The position numbers and the translations under genes were made by a program. A model generated the notes under the pieces. That model saw nothing but the letters and a program-made list of their open reading frames with translations. It did not search any database and was not told the origin of the DNA. This document shows positions 15,131-28,952 of a DNA stretch of 64,000 nucleotides, in pieces (the first letter of the stretch is position 1; each line of letters starts with the position of its first letter). This DNA comes from Cycas panzhihuaensis (lineage: Eukaryota; Plantae; Cycadophyta), in NCBI GenBank assembly GCA_023213395.1, contig CM041465.1:232011741-232075740 (forward strand), given 5' to 3'.

Positions 15131-15461
15131 TGTTATGAACCCAATGGGTTCAATAACATTGCTCACACTTAGATCTACATTGAATAGCATACTTACACCA
15201 AATAATAGTTAAAAATAATCTAGAGTTTGAATATATCTAATGAGTACTAGTCCTCTTTAAGGCAAGGTTCCTTCGGGAATCATTATTACTTGCAGTTACC
15301 TCTAAACAACTAAATCTCTAAGAAATAATCTACCATATCCATTGATCACTCCTCCATGTTTTAAATACTCATGAATGAGTGTCATATCCTAAGGGACATA
15401 TTATTTAGTTTGATATGACATGTCAATTTACCTGATAGGATGTGACTTTTAGTTCATAATG
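15131..15461 (-). repeat. 5' LTR of element A
   Basis: TGTTATGAAC...GTTCATAATG, with a PBS(Met) on the minus strand at 15117-15128. Confidence 0.85.
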
Positions 15462-18400
15462 ATAACAATTAAGATTTTCCATATGACTACAGGAAGCTTA
15501 ATTAGAGGATGAAATAGATAAGAACGTGAATATTAATAATGGGTGGCTTAAATGCCCTAATTATATGCATGATTGATGGTTGCTAAAGTTTATGATAATG
15601 AAAATTTTAAAATAATATTAGAGAATATAATGATGTTATGACATGAGTAGTTAATGTATATATGTTGCATTAGATGTTATACCTTTAAAAAGATCACATT
15701 TGCATGTGATGATTAGTTTTGATTCCCTATAGAGGAGGGAAATAAAAGCTTCAAATCAATAAATCATTTATTATGAAAAAATCTTGTTCTTGAAGGTATC
15801 TATGCTTTATAGAATATGATCTCATCTTATATGAGAAAGATTTTGATCTTCAAGTATAAGCATATTGATTTGTAGGAAAGATTTTATTTTTCATATGTAG
15901 ATTATGATTCAAAATGTTGGAAGTTATAGATAACTTACAACTATGAGCACATGATCTCCAAAAGTATATAGGAGTGGATAGGCTCGATTTGGCCTCTAAC
16001 TTACGAGGATTATCAATAAAGAACTCTTTATTTATAAAGAATGATAGGAAACCTCTACTTTCACAAGGTTTTAAATGTGAATCATGAGTAGCTTTTGCAT
16101 AATAGAAGAAAATAACACATGGATCCCATATGTGATTATCAAGATAACATAAGGCAAATGGTTTATTTTTTACCTTAATATGGCAAAGGACATTGCCTAA
16201 GAGGCTTTATTATAGTGTGATAATGGATTGTCCATATTTTATAATGGAAAATTCACCATCATACTTGAATTTATTTATGTGTTTAGACAAATTCCACTTG
16301 ATGGTAAAGATGTGGTTTTTAAAGAGAAAAAGGTGGATCACAAGGCATATATTAAAAGACATTTTCTAAGAGGAAAGAGATTTAAGTGTAAGGGCAATTA
16401 AATTAGATTACTATTTGATTTAGTACAAATGTGGAAATGATTAAAGAGAACTTTTAAATAACAAAGATTAAAATGGGTCACAATACCTTAATGTGGTAAT
16501 GAATAGAGATATAAGGTATCTTAATGAAGGCAAGACATTCCATTATCATTTGTTGCTTTTGATGATGATCATAAACTTCCATGGTGGATTTGAGCTTATC
16601 ACTCTTTCATATGGTAAAGCAAAGATGCTTATATCTAATAATTGTACTTAGATAAAAAAGCCCACAAGGGGGACAAAAACTCTCTCATTTTGGAAAGGAC
16701 TCTTGAAGAAGGTATACTGGTATATATCTCCACCTAAAGTAATTTTTATTATATTTTGATCATTCAAGAAGCATTCCTTAAGCTTATATTAAGTGAAGAT
16801 GAGACTAGCTTCCAAGCACGTCTGTGGCTTGCATTAACCACAAAGTATATTACTGACCAAACCTATACCACAATAAATCTAATTTGTAATTAAGAAGTAA
16901 TTCACAATAGTGAAAGGGATTAAGCTAGTTGATATGTTTATTTTTGAAACTAAGCTTCCTCAAGAGGATCTTGATGAGTTTAGTTCAATCTTATAGGCAA
17001 TTTAAATGCCTAAGGTTGAGCCTTTGTATTTACTAGAAGATATATCAAAGCTTTCAAAGAAAAGGCATGTTGAAGATGAAGCATTCAAGAAGGCTAACTC
17101 GATACCAATGCCATCAAAGAAGTCAAAGTTAACACAACAATGTAAGGTAGATGGATTTGAGCAATAGAAGTCTTTTTAGGCTTTTAAGGTGATGTTAACG
17201 CCCTCATATAGTTTAAAGAAGAAGAGTTCTAAGCCAAAAGAAGAGTAGGGCAAACCTAGGGTCAATAACTATTGTGTCATTATACCACAAGAATGTGTTA
17301 TTCATAAACCTATGTTATTGAATAATGAAAACATATTAGCCCAACAATTTGTGCTATTTAATGCCAATAATTCATCATTGATAAAAATTATATTATTATG
17401 TAGGAGACAGCGAGTGATAAAGGCATTGTGTTCAACTGAGCAACTTTGGATAAGGTTGTTGATGCTTGTATGGAGTTGAGCCAACACCTCAACTAGGTTA
17501 ATTAAGTTAAAGTGAATGATGAGTAGGTTAAAGCAACTATCGACAATATGAAAACAACTATTAAAAATATTAAAGTCACTACAAAACAAGTTAAAGACTT
17601 GCTAATATAATGCAATAAGGGAAAATCCCACAAATGTTGTCATCCTTATTTTGTTTACATTAGAACCACCTTTAGTTAATGTGCAGATTATTTTAATTAC
17701 TAATTAACATCTACAACAATTGATGATGGAGCAAGCAATAATATCATAAGTTGACACAACCCAAGTTGTGAATCTAGTCTTAATCAATAATGATCCTAAT
17801 GCCTATATTATACATATTACTTCCTAATTTACTTTATTTTCAATTAAAGAATTATTTCATGTATCAAATATTTGGATGCAAGAGTTGGTAATTATGGTGT
17901 CTATTAAGGATGAATGTACCACATAGTTGTGACAATAATTGCATGATACATAGTGGAGATTAAGTAAATAAAAGTTTATGGTGTCAAGTTTCCTTACCTC
18001 TACTTCACAAGAAGTTGCAACCTTGAATGCTAGCCTTTGATGATTAAAAGTTTAATATTTACAATTCATCAATACTATTTTTTACACTAATTAGATTGTT
18101 ATTATTGATATTGTTGTGAAGGCGTACGCATACGTAAAGATATAAATTAGTCTATTATAAATGTTGCATGTATGACTTTAATGACTTACTATGACACTCT
18201 GTGCAATAATGGAATGGCTTAGTATACTCCTCAAATAGATTGTAATATCGCATAAAAGGACTCCAAGATTAGTTAGCACAAGCTATACAATGCAAGATAG
18301 CACTAATTCACATTACAAGTGATGTTGAGAGAGTGTTCCAACTAACGAAGATAAAATGAGATGTAGTTCAACTAGAGGGTTCATGTGTTCATGATCAATA

Positions 18401-18867
18401 AATATGTAAATAATTAGCTAATTTATCCAAACATATGGTTGACACTTAACCATAGGTGGTGCTTTTACAAGCCAAGTTAGAAGAATTCCTTAATAAGGCT
18501 TATTATTTAATTAGTCATTTATAATTTGATTCACATATTAGGGTGGATTCAATGGATGGTTGATCAAAAGAAGGCTTACAACTTATAAAGTAAATGATTG
18601 AACAACATTTGCAAGAAGTTAACTAGGTGGCCCGTAATTCTTACAAATTAATCAAATAGTCTATGAAAATTTAGATTAAGAAGACATATGTGCCATTAAT
18701 ACCAAAAATAATATTTTCTCTTATATCTTTATAAGTACACAATTTTAATATATAAATGAGTTCATTATGATTGGGTTACTCGAATTTTTGTAAGTCCATG
18801 AGAGATGTTGAGGATTATGTTACTTTGTTAGTACTCTCAAATGAAGCACAATTAAATTTGGGAGAGA

Positions 18868-19339
18868 TGTTGGTTGCTTATGTTGACATTATTGATGTTA
18901 GTTACTTAATCACTTATTAATATTTGTTAACAAGGTCAATTGTTAATATAGGTCGATGTTGAGATGGGTCGAGTTATCAAATGACCATTCATTTTCATAA
19001 CTGATTATGTGATAGTATAGGTTGCTATAAATGCCCATTGTAATGAGATTATGAGATTGGATATATTTAGATAGATCTATAAAGCCTTATGGTTTTGTAT
19101 AGCCCTATACATGTAGTGATCTCTAGCCATGATCTAGATATTTTACAAGCATTCACTATTAGATAATGTGATTAGTAAGAGCAATTGCTTGGGTTGATAG
19201 TGGTTGGATTAATGGGATAAAGGATTGACAATGAATTGGGTGTCTTTGATATAATGCTTACTTGGATGATGATTATAATTAAGTAATTAATTGAATGCAT
19301 GGATAACACACGTACACTTAGGCGTATATTAATTCAACA
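18868..19339 (+). repeat. Candidate 3' LTR (probably of element X)
   Basis: Inverted termini TGTTG/CAACA, purine tract immediately upstream, TATA-like CTATAAAT at ~19026. No partner copy in the window. Confidence 0.55.
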
Positions 19340-20749
19340 CTTATATAAGAAAGTACAAGGTTATAACTAAATACCTTTAAGGAGATAATGACATAATCTT
19401 GCCATATCTAACTAATTTTATGAGGATTTATAAAGTAGGTTGATTTTTATAATCATCATGGTTACTCTAACTAGAAGAAGACGAATATAGATCAAATCAC
19501 AAATAAACACTTTAAGTGGGTTGGATTATAGAAGATTAAAGAGAATGGGACATTTAAAGAGTGCTAAGCAATCCCTTATAAGGACTTGTAAAGCCATAGA
19601 AGAATAGAAAATACATAAAGGTATGTCCTAAATAAGAGATATTAACTCTAAAGATTATGGTTACAAATAATACAAAAGTATGAGTAAAACATTGGGAAGA
19701 GGTGAACTAGAAGTGTAACTATTTGAAGTACCCTTATGTTAATTAAGAATAATTAATATCTTCATAGTAATTGACAATTTAAGGGTTTCAATAATAATAT
19801 TTTTAAAGGATTAAAACACAAAGATATAGGAACAAATGTAATGGCAAGAACATAAGGGCAATTGCTTCTCACTACAAACTAAGGGTTCGTTCCTAGCTTG
19901 ATTTATATACCAACTATACAACATCATAACAGGGTTAAATCAATAGCATATATCTTCTCTCGGAGCAATATAACAAGCTTGTAAGTAACTATTGATGCTT
20001 CACCCATGCACAAATACTGCCTTATATATCTATAACATACACTTCCAACTATCACACTTGATGGCAGATTTAGAGAAAACACACCCCCATGCATGCGTCT
20101 ACAAGCTTCAACATTAAGTCATCTCTCATAATGGATAGTTAACAACAATAAATGCTCTCAAAGGAAATCACCTACAATTGTATATTTACAATACTCTTTA
20201 CAAATTTAATTTTAATCATAATGGCTTAAAGATATAATTCATATATCTAGAATGGTCAAGCCCTATAATATCATTAATTATATTTTGGACTTAAAATAAT
20301 AGTGATCACATAAAAATTTTAAGCTCATTTAACAACTTGTGCATCAAGCATTCGCAATAACACCTTCTATATAATCAAGTGTTATCAACTCATAATATCT
20401 TTGACGAATTGGAGATCAACAAACTAACAAGCACATAGTTTCAAATTATCATTTAAATGCTTATAACATTATCCTTATCACTATGATCTTTAACTTGAGT
20501 CATATCGTTATCTATTATGTTTAGCATGTTTATGATCAATGCTATAACTACTCTATTTGCAAGCGTATGGTAATTAATAAAAATAGAAGTGTTTTATATT
20601 TATTAAAAAGGGCCTTTAATATATGTTCATAAGGCTTCATGTTATTGAGGACGATCCTCTCTACCATTTTGATATTGTCTCAACCCTTTGCATTAGCCAT
20701 CCATCATTTTCCTTTTAAATATGTTGTTGCATGCCTTAGTGAACATGTT

Positions 20750-21800
20750 TACCGATCTCATGGTCTCCTTTCTGTAAAATAAAATTATCACACAACATAA
20801 ATCATCTCTTTGGATTTTGAGGGTGATCTTAGACCATTCTTGTGCAGCGAAAACAAAACGTGGGCTATGGGACACTCGTCTTGTTTCCATGTTTCGCGGT
20901 ATAAATATTTGTTGCACCCGCTTAAATTTCCTCCACCTGAGCATCGAAAATGCCTCCTCAGGATGTAGTTCAGACCAATCCAACATTATTAAACCATGCT
21001 CATGGCCATGTTGCTGCGGACATAAACAAGAATGCTTTCCTCTAAAAGACTTGGGCTGTTATCAGTCCTATCAAATCAAAGGCATTGCCCAAAATCCTGT
21101 TTTATTTTGGGTTCGGCAGCTAAGGATACAGTGTCACATGATGAGAGGGCAATCTCACACCTTTCTAACAGTAACCCAGATGATGATCTTCAAGAGGGGC
21201 AGCGCAAACGAAGGCCTAAATCCAGACAATGGTTCGCCCTTCCGCCATTTCCTGCTCTCGCCGGCGATGCCCAAAGATTGCTTCGTCTTGGGAGTCCATG
21301 TGACCGTAGTTTAGGTGCTGAAGGTGGTCGAGTGACGGCAGCCATGTGGGTCGCCTATTGCTGCGCCGACGTTTCCCGGATTGTTATTCAGAAGGTCTTT
21401 CGGTTAAGACAGGCAAGTATCTTCTACATTATATACCCAATTATAAGCCTATTGGTCATTTACTTGTGAGAATACTAGTGATTCAAATTGAATACTTGTG
21501 TGTGAAATGAAACACCTGCAAAAATGTCAGTTTTTCCAGCTAGCCCTTCCTGTCATCTTCACATGGGACCCCAATTCCCTTCAAAATAGAAGCTTAACTC
21601 CCACCATGGGATCCCCCACTTAGTGTTATAGATGTTTCAATGGCTTATGAACCAAGTTTAACTCCTTCGTTTTCAGATTGTTATAGACTCCACATTAAAA
21701 GAAGAGATTTCGAGAAGCTTGAACTACGAAAAATGATAGAGACCTAGATGGTTGTTGGAGGAAACTATCCATGCAGCAGATTGATAGCCCAGTACCATCG
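20750..21800 (+). promoter_or_regulatory. CpG-retaining island; candidate promoter or first exon of an unidentified transcript
   Basis: Many CG dinucleotides (densest 21200-21410) against CG-depleted flanks. CAG|GCAAGT donor-like site at 21412/21413 and TTTTCAG| acceptor at 21676. Confidence 0.45.
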
Positions 21801-24800
21801 TGACTGTGGATTATTCACAGTTGTACAATTGTCCATGGCTTTGATGGTGTTGTGCATTGACCGGACTATGGGTCTGCTGCATTAATAGTTTGCTCCTATG
21901 ATTGCATGGGATTTGAAGTCATGACCCCTTCTTCACAATTGCCACTTGCTTGCTACTAGACCAAATCTGCTTCATCAATTCAGACTCCAGGCCACCATAT
22001 ACATTCCATTATTCCATGTGATGATAGTGGGTGAACATACCCTGTTTTACATTTGCTCTGTATGTTGACAGGCTTCATTGAGGCCATTTGATGGACCTGA
22101 TGAAGAAATGAACAAAAGGTGTATGCACATTTGCACATATGAAGGCAGGGTGTAATTCTATAGGGATTTGACATGCATGAGGTAGTTTCTGCCTGCAGAA
22201 ATGCTAAAGCATGTACCCATCCAATACTATTGAGGGTTTCCATGAAAAGGATCATCAAGAACCTAGGATCTTTTCCTTAACATTGAAGGATCCTTCCAAA
22301 TTAAAATTTTTAGTCAGTAGTCCAAATGGTAAAGACATTGTTGGCGAGGAGAGGAGACCAGTACAATCCATTAAATTACAGTTGTAGAAGGTATACCCAT
22401 TCTAAAAAAACTATTATGAGTACTCAAGAAAACTTGAAAGGGTCTCTAAGAACAATGATCTAGGGAGTTGGAAAGTGAAACAAACAAGAGGCAAGCCCTT
22501 GAGACATCAAGTCAGACAATTGCAAGAGAAGGCCTAGAACAAGACCCTTGAAGAGTAATTTGAAATGAAATCCATAGCATTATGGGATTTGTTTGTACTT
22601 TACAATGTCTATATAATATATTGAATACAGTGATGAACTACTGTCTTAAAACAAAGAGGGAGTTGTATCTACTATAAGACCACACAAGTGAATTGAATAT
22701 AACATCAATATGCAGTTAGGGTGTATTACATAAGATGTCATGAATGCTCATTAGTTGCACAAGGGGTGAGGTACAAGTTGTTTTCATAGTATTGCCTTTA
22801 AGTGACATATTCCCAAGAATTGTAACCCAAAATCTTGAAGGTTCATTTCAGAATTATAGCCATGAAGAAATGGTCTTGCTATAGAAGGCTTCTACTAAGG
22901 TGACTTGTGTAGCCAATCTTGAAATGGATCAACCCATGATGTGTCCGGGATGCTAACTATCAAACTTTGAAGGAAAGAGTTAAGCAAGGCCACATTCGAA
23001 CACCAAGGGAACTATGTGCATCTGATACTTTGATCAAGGACAATTTTCAATAACTAATCAAGTATTATGTTGAAGTGCAACACCTAGGGTAAAATGGTAG
23101 TTTGACATAGGTCGAAGCCACTTGGGTTGGATTATTCCCGATAAAGCAATGATGGCAAAGAGATTGGCAGCCAATTGTGAAATAATTGATTTCATATGAT
23201 AGCAATTATTGGAGCAGTTACAAACAATTGGCACTCCAATTTCCCAATAATTGGCTACTTCCTCTTGGGAATTATTATGAAGCCCATTGGGCAAAATGGG
23301 AGAAATAGTTTTGGAGATTAGGCAGACAATGTATACAAGCTCCTTTGTAATAAATATATCCATTGTTTTCCCTTTGCCCTAGGCTCTTCTCCTAGGAGAA
23401 GGTCCCCTCTTCTCTAAATTGTATATAAATAGAGGATTTATTTCATATATCTATTTTGTCCATAGTTCATGTTTGCATATACCTTTTGCTAATTTCTGTC
23501 AATTATGTTGGAGAATAATGTTTAATCTATGGCTAACCCATGATTATTTTAATTATTTAATTGGTTATCCCTCAAATGTTGTGCATGCTTATCTTAAAGA
23601 GGTGCACACTTGTGAAGACACTTAATATGTGAGCATTATTAAAATGTGTGTTTAGAGCTCACATCTTCATGTATTCAGATAGGCTATCTTAGAGGTTCTC
23701 CAATTTCATTAGACCTCTATGAGTTGAAATATGTTTATAAATATGTATCTTTTCTAATGCAATATATGAAGATTGATCATTTTTTCCCATTTCTATTGTA
23801 CTTTACAATGGTGCATATTTTATCTTTCTTTATCACGATATCGTAAATTTTTTTATATAATATTTTTAACATGATGTTAAAGCACTCCTGTAATTTTCTA
23901 ACATGGAATTATGTCTTGTGTGTTTGATATTCATCTAGCATGATGTCATACTCAATTTTCTAACATGGTATTAGAGCTAATGGTATGATTTTTGATGACC
24001 TTGGTTAGATCATTAGAGCCAATAATTTATTTCTTATGAAGTTCCATTTGTATGCATGACAAAGCTTGTATTTGGAATGCATCCTACAAAGTGATGAGTG
24101 TAATGACTTGTTATCTGTGCGTTTAGTGATGGTTACATGCTATAAGGATGTCATGGTTGAATTATGCATTGGTTTCTTTGATTGTTGGACACCATGGATT
24201 TCTTTGGAGCAAAGAACATAAGTAGGCATATATCTGTTGGCATGAAGATATGGGGTATTCTATCGATGTTGGAATCCTCTCATAGTTGGAGAAATCCTAT
24301 ACATCAAGTATCTTGTGGATGCATTGATTATGTTTGCTTGGAGGGTTTCAATGGATCTTATTTGCGGATTTTATGTTTGATATGATGGATAAGTATAGAT
24401 TGGGTAAGTTATGAAGTTGAGATCTTAAATTGATAGTGAGATTGTTCTAGTGGACTATGTTTATGCATGTGGTTAGCCTAAAAAATTTGCATGTAGGAGT
24501 TTTAAAGTTGGGTCCACAAGCTCAATTATATTTAATATTTTTTTGCTCAGGGGATATAACATGAATGAATGGATTAAATCTTGCAAAGTTGAGTTGTAGT
24601 TGTGAGCATGAAATGAGGCCATAGTGGCCTATTGCTGAAGAGGAGTAGCCCATGCTAGTGGGGAAGTGAGTGTTGTTAGTTCATGTAGAAGATTGTGGAT
24701 GTAGGCCTAATCACCTTGTTATGGCAAAGAGTAGTGGGCAAATGTCGACTAAATGAAGCCCACATAGTAGATTTGGAGATGCCCATGTAGATTAATGTTG

Positions 24801-27800
24801 CTAAAGTGATGATAGTTCAATAAATTTGAATGTTAGAGGCAAAGAATGACAACTGAAGCAACATAAAGTCCTTTGCAGAAGGGTGTTAGTAAATCTAGGA
24901 ATTCCCAACAACATAAAATTCATGCCTAAGCATTGTGTTGGAGTGGGCCATGGAGTGGAATGCTTGGAAAGAAAGAATATAGAAGACATGTTGAAGGCAC
25001 ATGATATTAGTAGCAGAGATTTATAACTCAAAGGATTGAGAATGAAGATGAGGGCATAAACCATGCTTGCTGAGATAATGGTTGATGAAATTTTGTTGAG
25101 GGGTCATGGTTGTGGAAGACACTGTGGATTATGTGGCTAGGAGTAGATGTGGACTGTGAGGATTGAGAGGCAAAGGATGAACTTCACGCATAAGTTGTGA
25201 AAGCACAGAGAAGAAAAGAGACGATTTGTGAAACACTACAAGGAGAAGACGTGATGAACCCACAAGGTTTCACGAAAATCAGATGCCTAACTTACCAATC
25301 TCAAGGCTCAAGTTGGAGATGCCCAGGGAAGAAAATTCTAAGAAGATGCAAGGTCATTGAGATTGCAAAGTCAAACGTTGGATGTGGATGGAAAATGCCA
25401 TTTATCAAGGATCTAAGCAGTGAAGATGTTGTGCACCCACACAAACTTAGAGAGACGGGTTGTGAGACATAGTAGATCAAATGTTGTAGTTCAGAGGGAA
25501 CCAAATTCCATAGGGCAAACTATGCTTAGAAAGTGAATGCTAAATTAGGGATTTCAATTTTGGTGTTGAAGAAACCATGTTTGATAAATTTGAATGCCAA
25601 AAATGGTGAGACAATATGTGATGAAGATGCATACCACATAGGAAGATCTGCATAAACACAGAGAAACTGAATGCAAAAGACACTGCTACAAAAACTTTAA
25701 AACAATGATGGATTTTCAATATATTTTTTATTTTTCTACAATCCACTTTTAATTTAATTAAATGTGATAGCTTTTGAAATTTGTGTTTTGGACTTCTCAA
25801 AGTTATTAGAACTCAGTCATGTGGAGGAAAAAGGTCTAACATAGATTTTAGGCCCTAACACATCAATTGAGAATTTTGAGAATACACAAGTTCAAAATTG
25901 AATTTTCTATTGTTTAAAGGTCGTCATATTACTTTTTAAACATTTTTTGTTTTGCAAATAGCAATTATGATTCTAATAGTTAAGTGCTCATTTGGAGAAC
26001 ACATTCATATGAGAAGTACATGTGGTGAATCTTCACATTTGTGAAGGAATGCAATTAGCATTTGCGATAGTTGTAAAGTGCTTCAATTTGAACCTTGCAT
26101 CTAGTTTCATCAGTTGAAATCATGTAGTGAATTCAGGTTGAGGATATTCTATGTGGATGGTTGCAGGAGTTGCAACACTATTTACTCGAGGTGAGCAATA
26201 GTTGGTTGTTGGATACTCGTGTTTTGTTAATAAAAATGGCTTGTAGGAAGACACCCAAGATAGGTTGATTACCTTGTAAGGTCATGAACCTAATGTTTAG
26301 TCTAGGTAAAGGTGAAAACAAGTTTCTTCTAAGCACTTGAAGGAGAAGATGAATAAACTCAAAGGGAAGCACACTTGAAGTAGTTTGATGAAGAAGATAG
26401 TTAGTCTAATGACATGATGTGACAAAACAAAGCAAAGATTAAACATTATGGGAGAGTGTTGGAGAATAATGTTTAATCTATGTTCAATCCATGATTGTTG
26501 TAATTGTTTATAGGTTATCCCTCAAATGTCGTGCACACTTACCTTAAAGAGGTGCACACTTGGGAAGACACTTAATACATGAGCCATTTTGAAATGTGTG
26601 TTTAGAGTTGACACTTCATGTATTTGTTAAAACTTTATAATAACACCTTCATTTCAATATATTTTTATGTACATCATGTGTATTTTGTACTTTAGGTGAC
26701 TCATATTGTAAAATTAATCATGTTTTATATTCAGGTTGGGTTTGTTGTATGTGCTGCTTAGTCAGGCAATTGTATTATTGAAAATCTTGGTGGGTTGCTT
26801 ATAAGTTAAGCCTTGCATCATTCTTTTGTACATAATTTTGGAGTATATGCAGAAGCTCTGCCATTTTGGAGCCTCACGTGGTGACTAATTTGCCTGTGAA
26901 TGATTTATCTCAGTTTTGCTCTTGTTTTTTGCATTATTGTGTTAATTTAGCATGATATTATGCTAGTAGCACACTGAATCTAGATCTTGGATGGTTTTAT
27001 CATGGTATCAAAGCTTGGATGTGCTCTGACTTGAAGTTTTTAAGAAAATATTGAAGAACAGAGGCCGGTTCCCTCATAATGGTACCCAATTTTCACTTAT
27101 TTCTCCATTTTTCTCTTAGTTCCTAGTGTATATAACAGTTTTAAGGTGAAGTGCAGGCCATCCTTAACGTGCACCAATCTCATGCTGTTGATATTCAGTC
27201 CATTTGTAGTCGTATGTGATCAAAGCTCTATTTTTTCATCAACAACGAAGGAAATAACCGGTTTCCAAGCCATTTCAACCCTAGATCGAGACAAATCTGC
27301 TTTTTTGAGCTATATCTTCCTCTCTGGTGGTGATTTGGCCTCATTCTCAGTCTGTAGGAGTCCATTCAGACAAGTTTTCTGCTGTTCAAAGCCCGTTTCT
27401 GGCTAGCTTTGTTCACGTAGCCTCCACGCACTCCGTAGCCTGTTATCACTAGTTATGAGCTCATTTTTTGTCAAAGCACCATCCATGGACTTCTTCCAGG
27501 CCTTGCGTCCCCCCTATAGCGATTTCAGATCGAAGCATTAAAGATTTATTGCATTCGGGGCCTCCGTTCCTTCGCGCAGGTCGTCTAATGCCGTGCACAG
27601 TCCGCACGCCTCAACAACTTAATTTTCATGTTTTTTCCTTTAGTTTCAACTTTAATCCTTGAAACTAAAGTGATTTTGATGTTTATTATGAATCCGAGTC
27701 ATTAGCCCCCTCAATTCGGTCATATTCATTATCTTATAACCTTGTTTTTCATTAAAAAGGGGCATATTCCAAATAACTATATGTTATTTTATATTATTTT

Positions 27801-28952
27801 TGCAAAGTAAAAAAGTTTAGATTATATTTCATAATATTTCCAGTCCATTAGCCCCTTAGTTGCATCAGTGGGTGGTTCTATGTAGTTTGCAGCCGACCGG
27901 GGCCTACTTTCTGAAGGGGCTTAAGCCCATCCTTCTCAAGATTTTCACACAACGGAGTACTTGTCACCATTTTTGTAATAACTTTGCAACTAGGAGTCTG
28001 TTTTTCCAACTGTTTCAACCATCGGAAAGGGGATTAAGAGGGCGACAACTTAGAGTTACAGGCTGCCAAAGTTGAGCTTGGTGTTTGAGCCTCTTTGAGC
28101 CTTTTTCTCATTTTTTAAAGGCCAATTTCTATTTTCTCAGAAGTTCTTTTGCTGCTTTATGCTGTTGTTAACCTTTAGTCAGTTGTCTTAATCTAGTTTT
28201 CAGGCTAATAATGTGCTTGGTGTTGGTTTTTTGTAGGTGTCACTCTTGGAATTGTAGATGTCACTCTTGGAAGATTGAAGTGGCTCTCTCTTGTGCAAGC
28301 CCACTTAAAGAGCACTCCAAACCCTTCCTTATCCTTTAATTTCTTTCATTTCCATCTTATATTTCAGTTAGTTTGTTAAAAAAGAACCTTTGTTTGTAAT
28401 AACTCACATCATAAAATCAAGAGTCACATTAAAAAAATTAACTCCCGAATTAACCACACTTATACTAGCCTTGCAAGGGGAACGATTAGGACCCCTGAAG
28501 TTACTACCCTACACACGCTCTTGGTCTACTCTACTTTGTTGAGGAAACCATTGGCTATAAGGTGTAACTGGTGGCAGGCTGAGGTGGAAAATTTCCCATT
28601 GGAGTTTGGAGACGAGGCTAGACGTGGAGGGGGTGAGTGCCTTGGTTAGTTAAGTTCTCACTACTAGATCTGTCGCTAGGCATAAGTCCGACGCAATTGG
28701 AGACACAAATTAGAGGGGTCTTAGACTTTCATTGCAACTCACGTACTGAGGTATATGGAGCCTTAAACTCACGTACTGGTATATAGGGTCCCTGGTTTGC
28801 CACTTGTAGTTAGGCACCATTAGACAGAATAGTAACTGAGAACTTTCTTGGAGATCCTTTAAATTTAGAATTCTAGATTAGTAGCCCCCTAGGTAGATTA
28901 ATACATAATTACATAAACTTTAAAGACACAAAACAAACAAAAACTTAGAAAA

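Larger units (their letters stand above)
3652..15461 (-). mobile_element. Decayed Ty3/gypsy (chromovirus-like) LTR element A
   Basis: Homologous ~330-bp LTRs at 3652-3978 and 15131-15461. Reverse-complement PBS GCTCTAATACCA at 15117-15128. Reverse-complement PPT AGTCCCTCC at 3979-3987. TSD ATAAT/ATAAC. Minus-strand RT remnants at ~4300-4750. Confidence 0.8.
1..19339 (+). mobile_element. Old, heavily decayed Ty3/gypsy element X (non-chromovirus, Athila/Tat-like layout); 5' end outside the window; interrupted by element A
   Basis: Pol remnants at ~780-3385. Sequence resumes after the TSD of element A. PPT-like TGGGAGAGA at 18859-18867 is followed by a TGTTG...CAACA LTR candidate. Linking that LTR to the pol remnants is inference. 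Confidence 0.55.

Noticed and set aside
20817-21314. 165-aa ORF (and antisense 20693-20986) as a protein-coding gene
   Set aside because: Non-ATG start and no motif. Overlapping ORFs are expected in a GC-richer island.
22300-23500. Old LTR or TE remnant hosting element B (may continue at 40493-40580)
   Set aside because: TATA-like motif at ~23422 and a TGTATCA end are suggestive, but boundaries and family cannot be supported.
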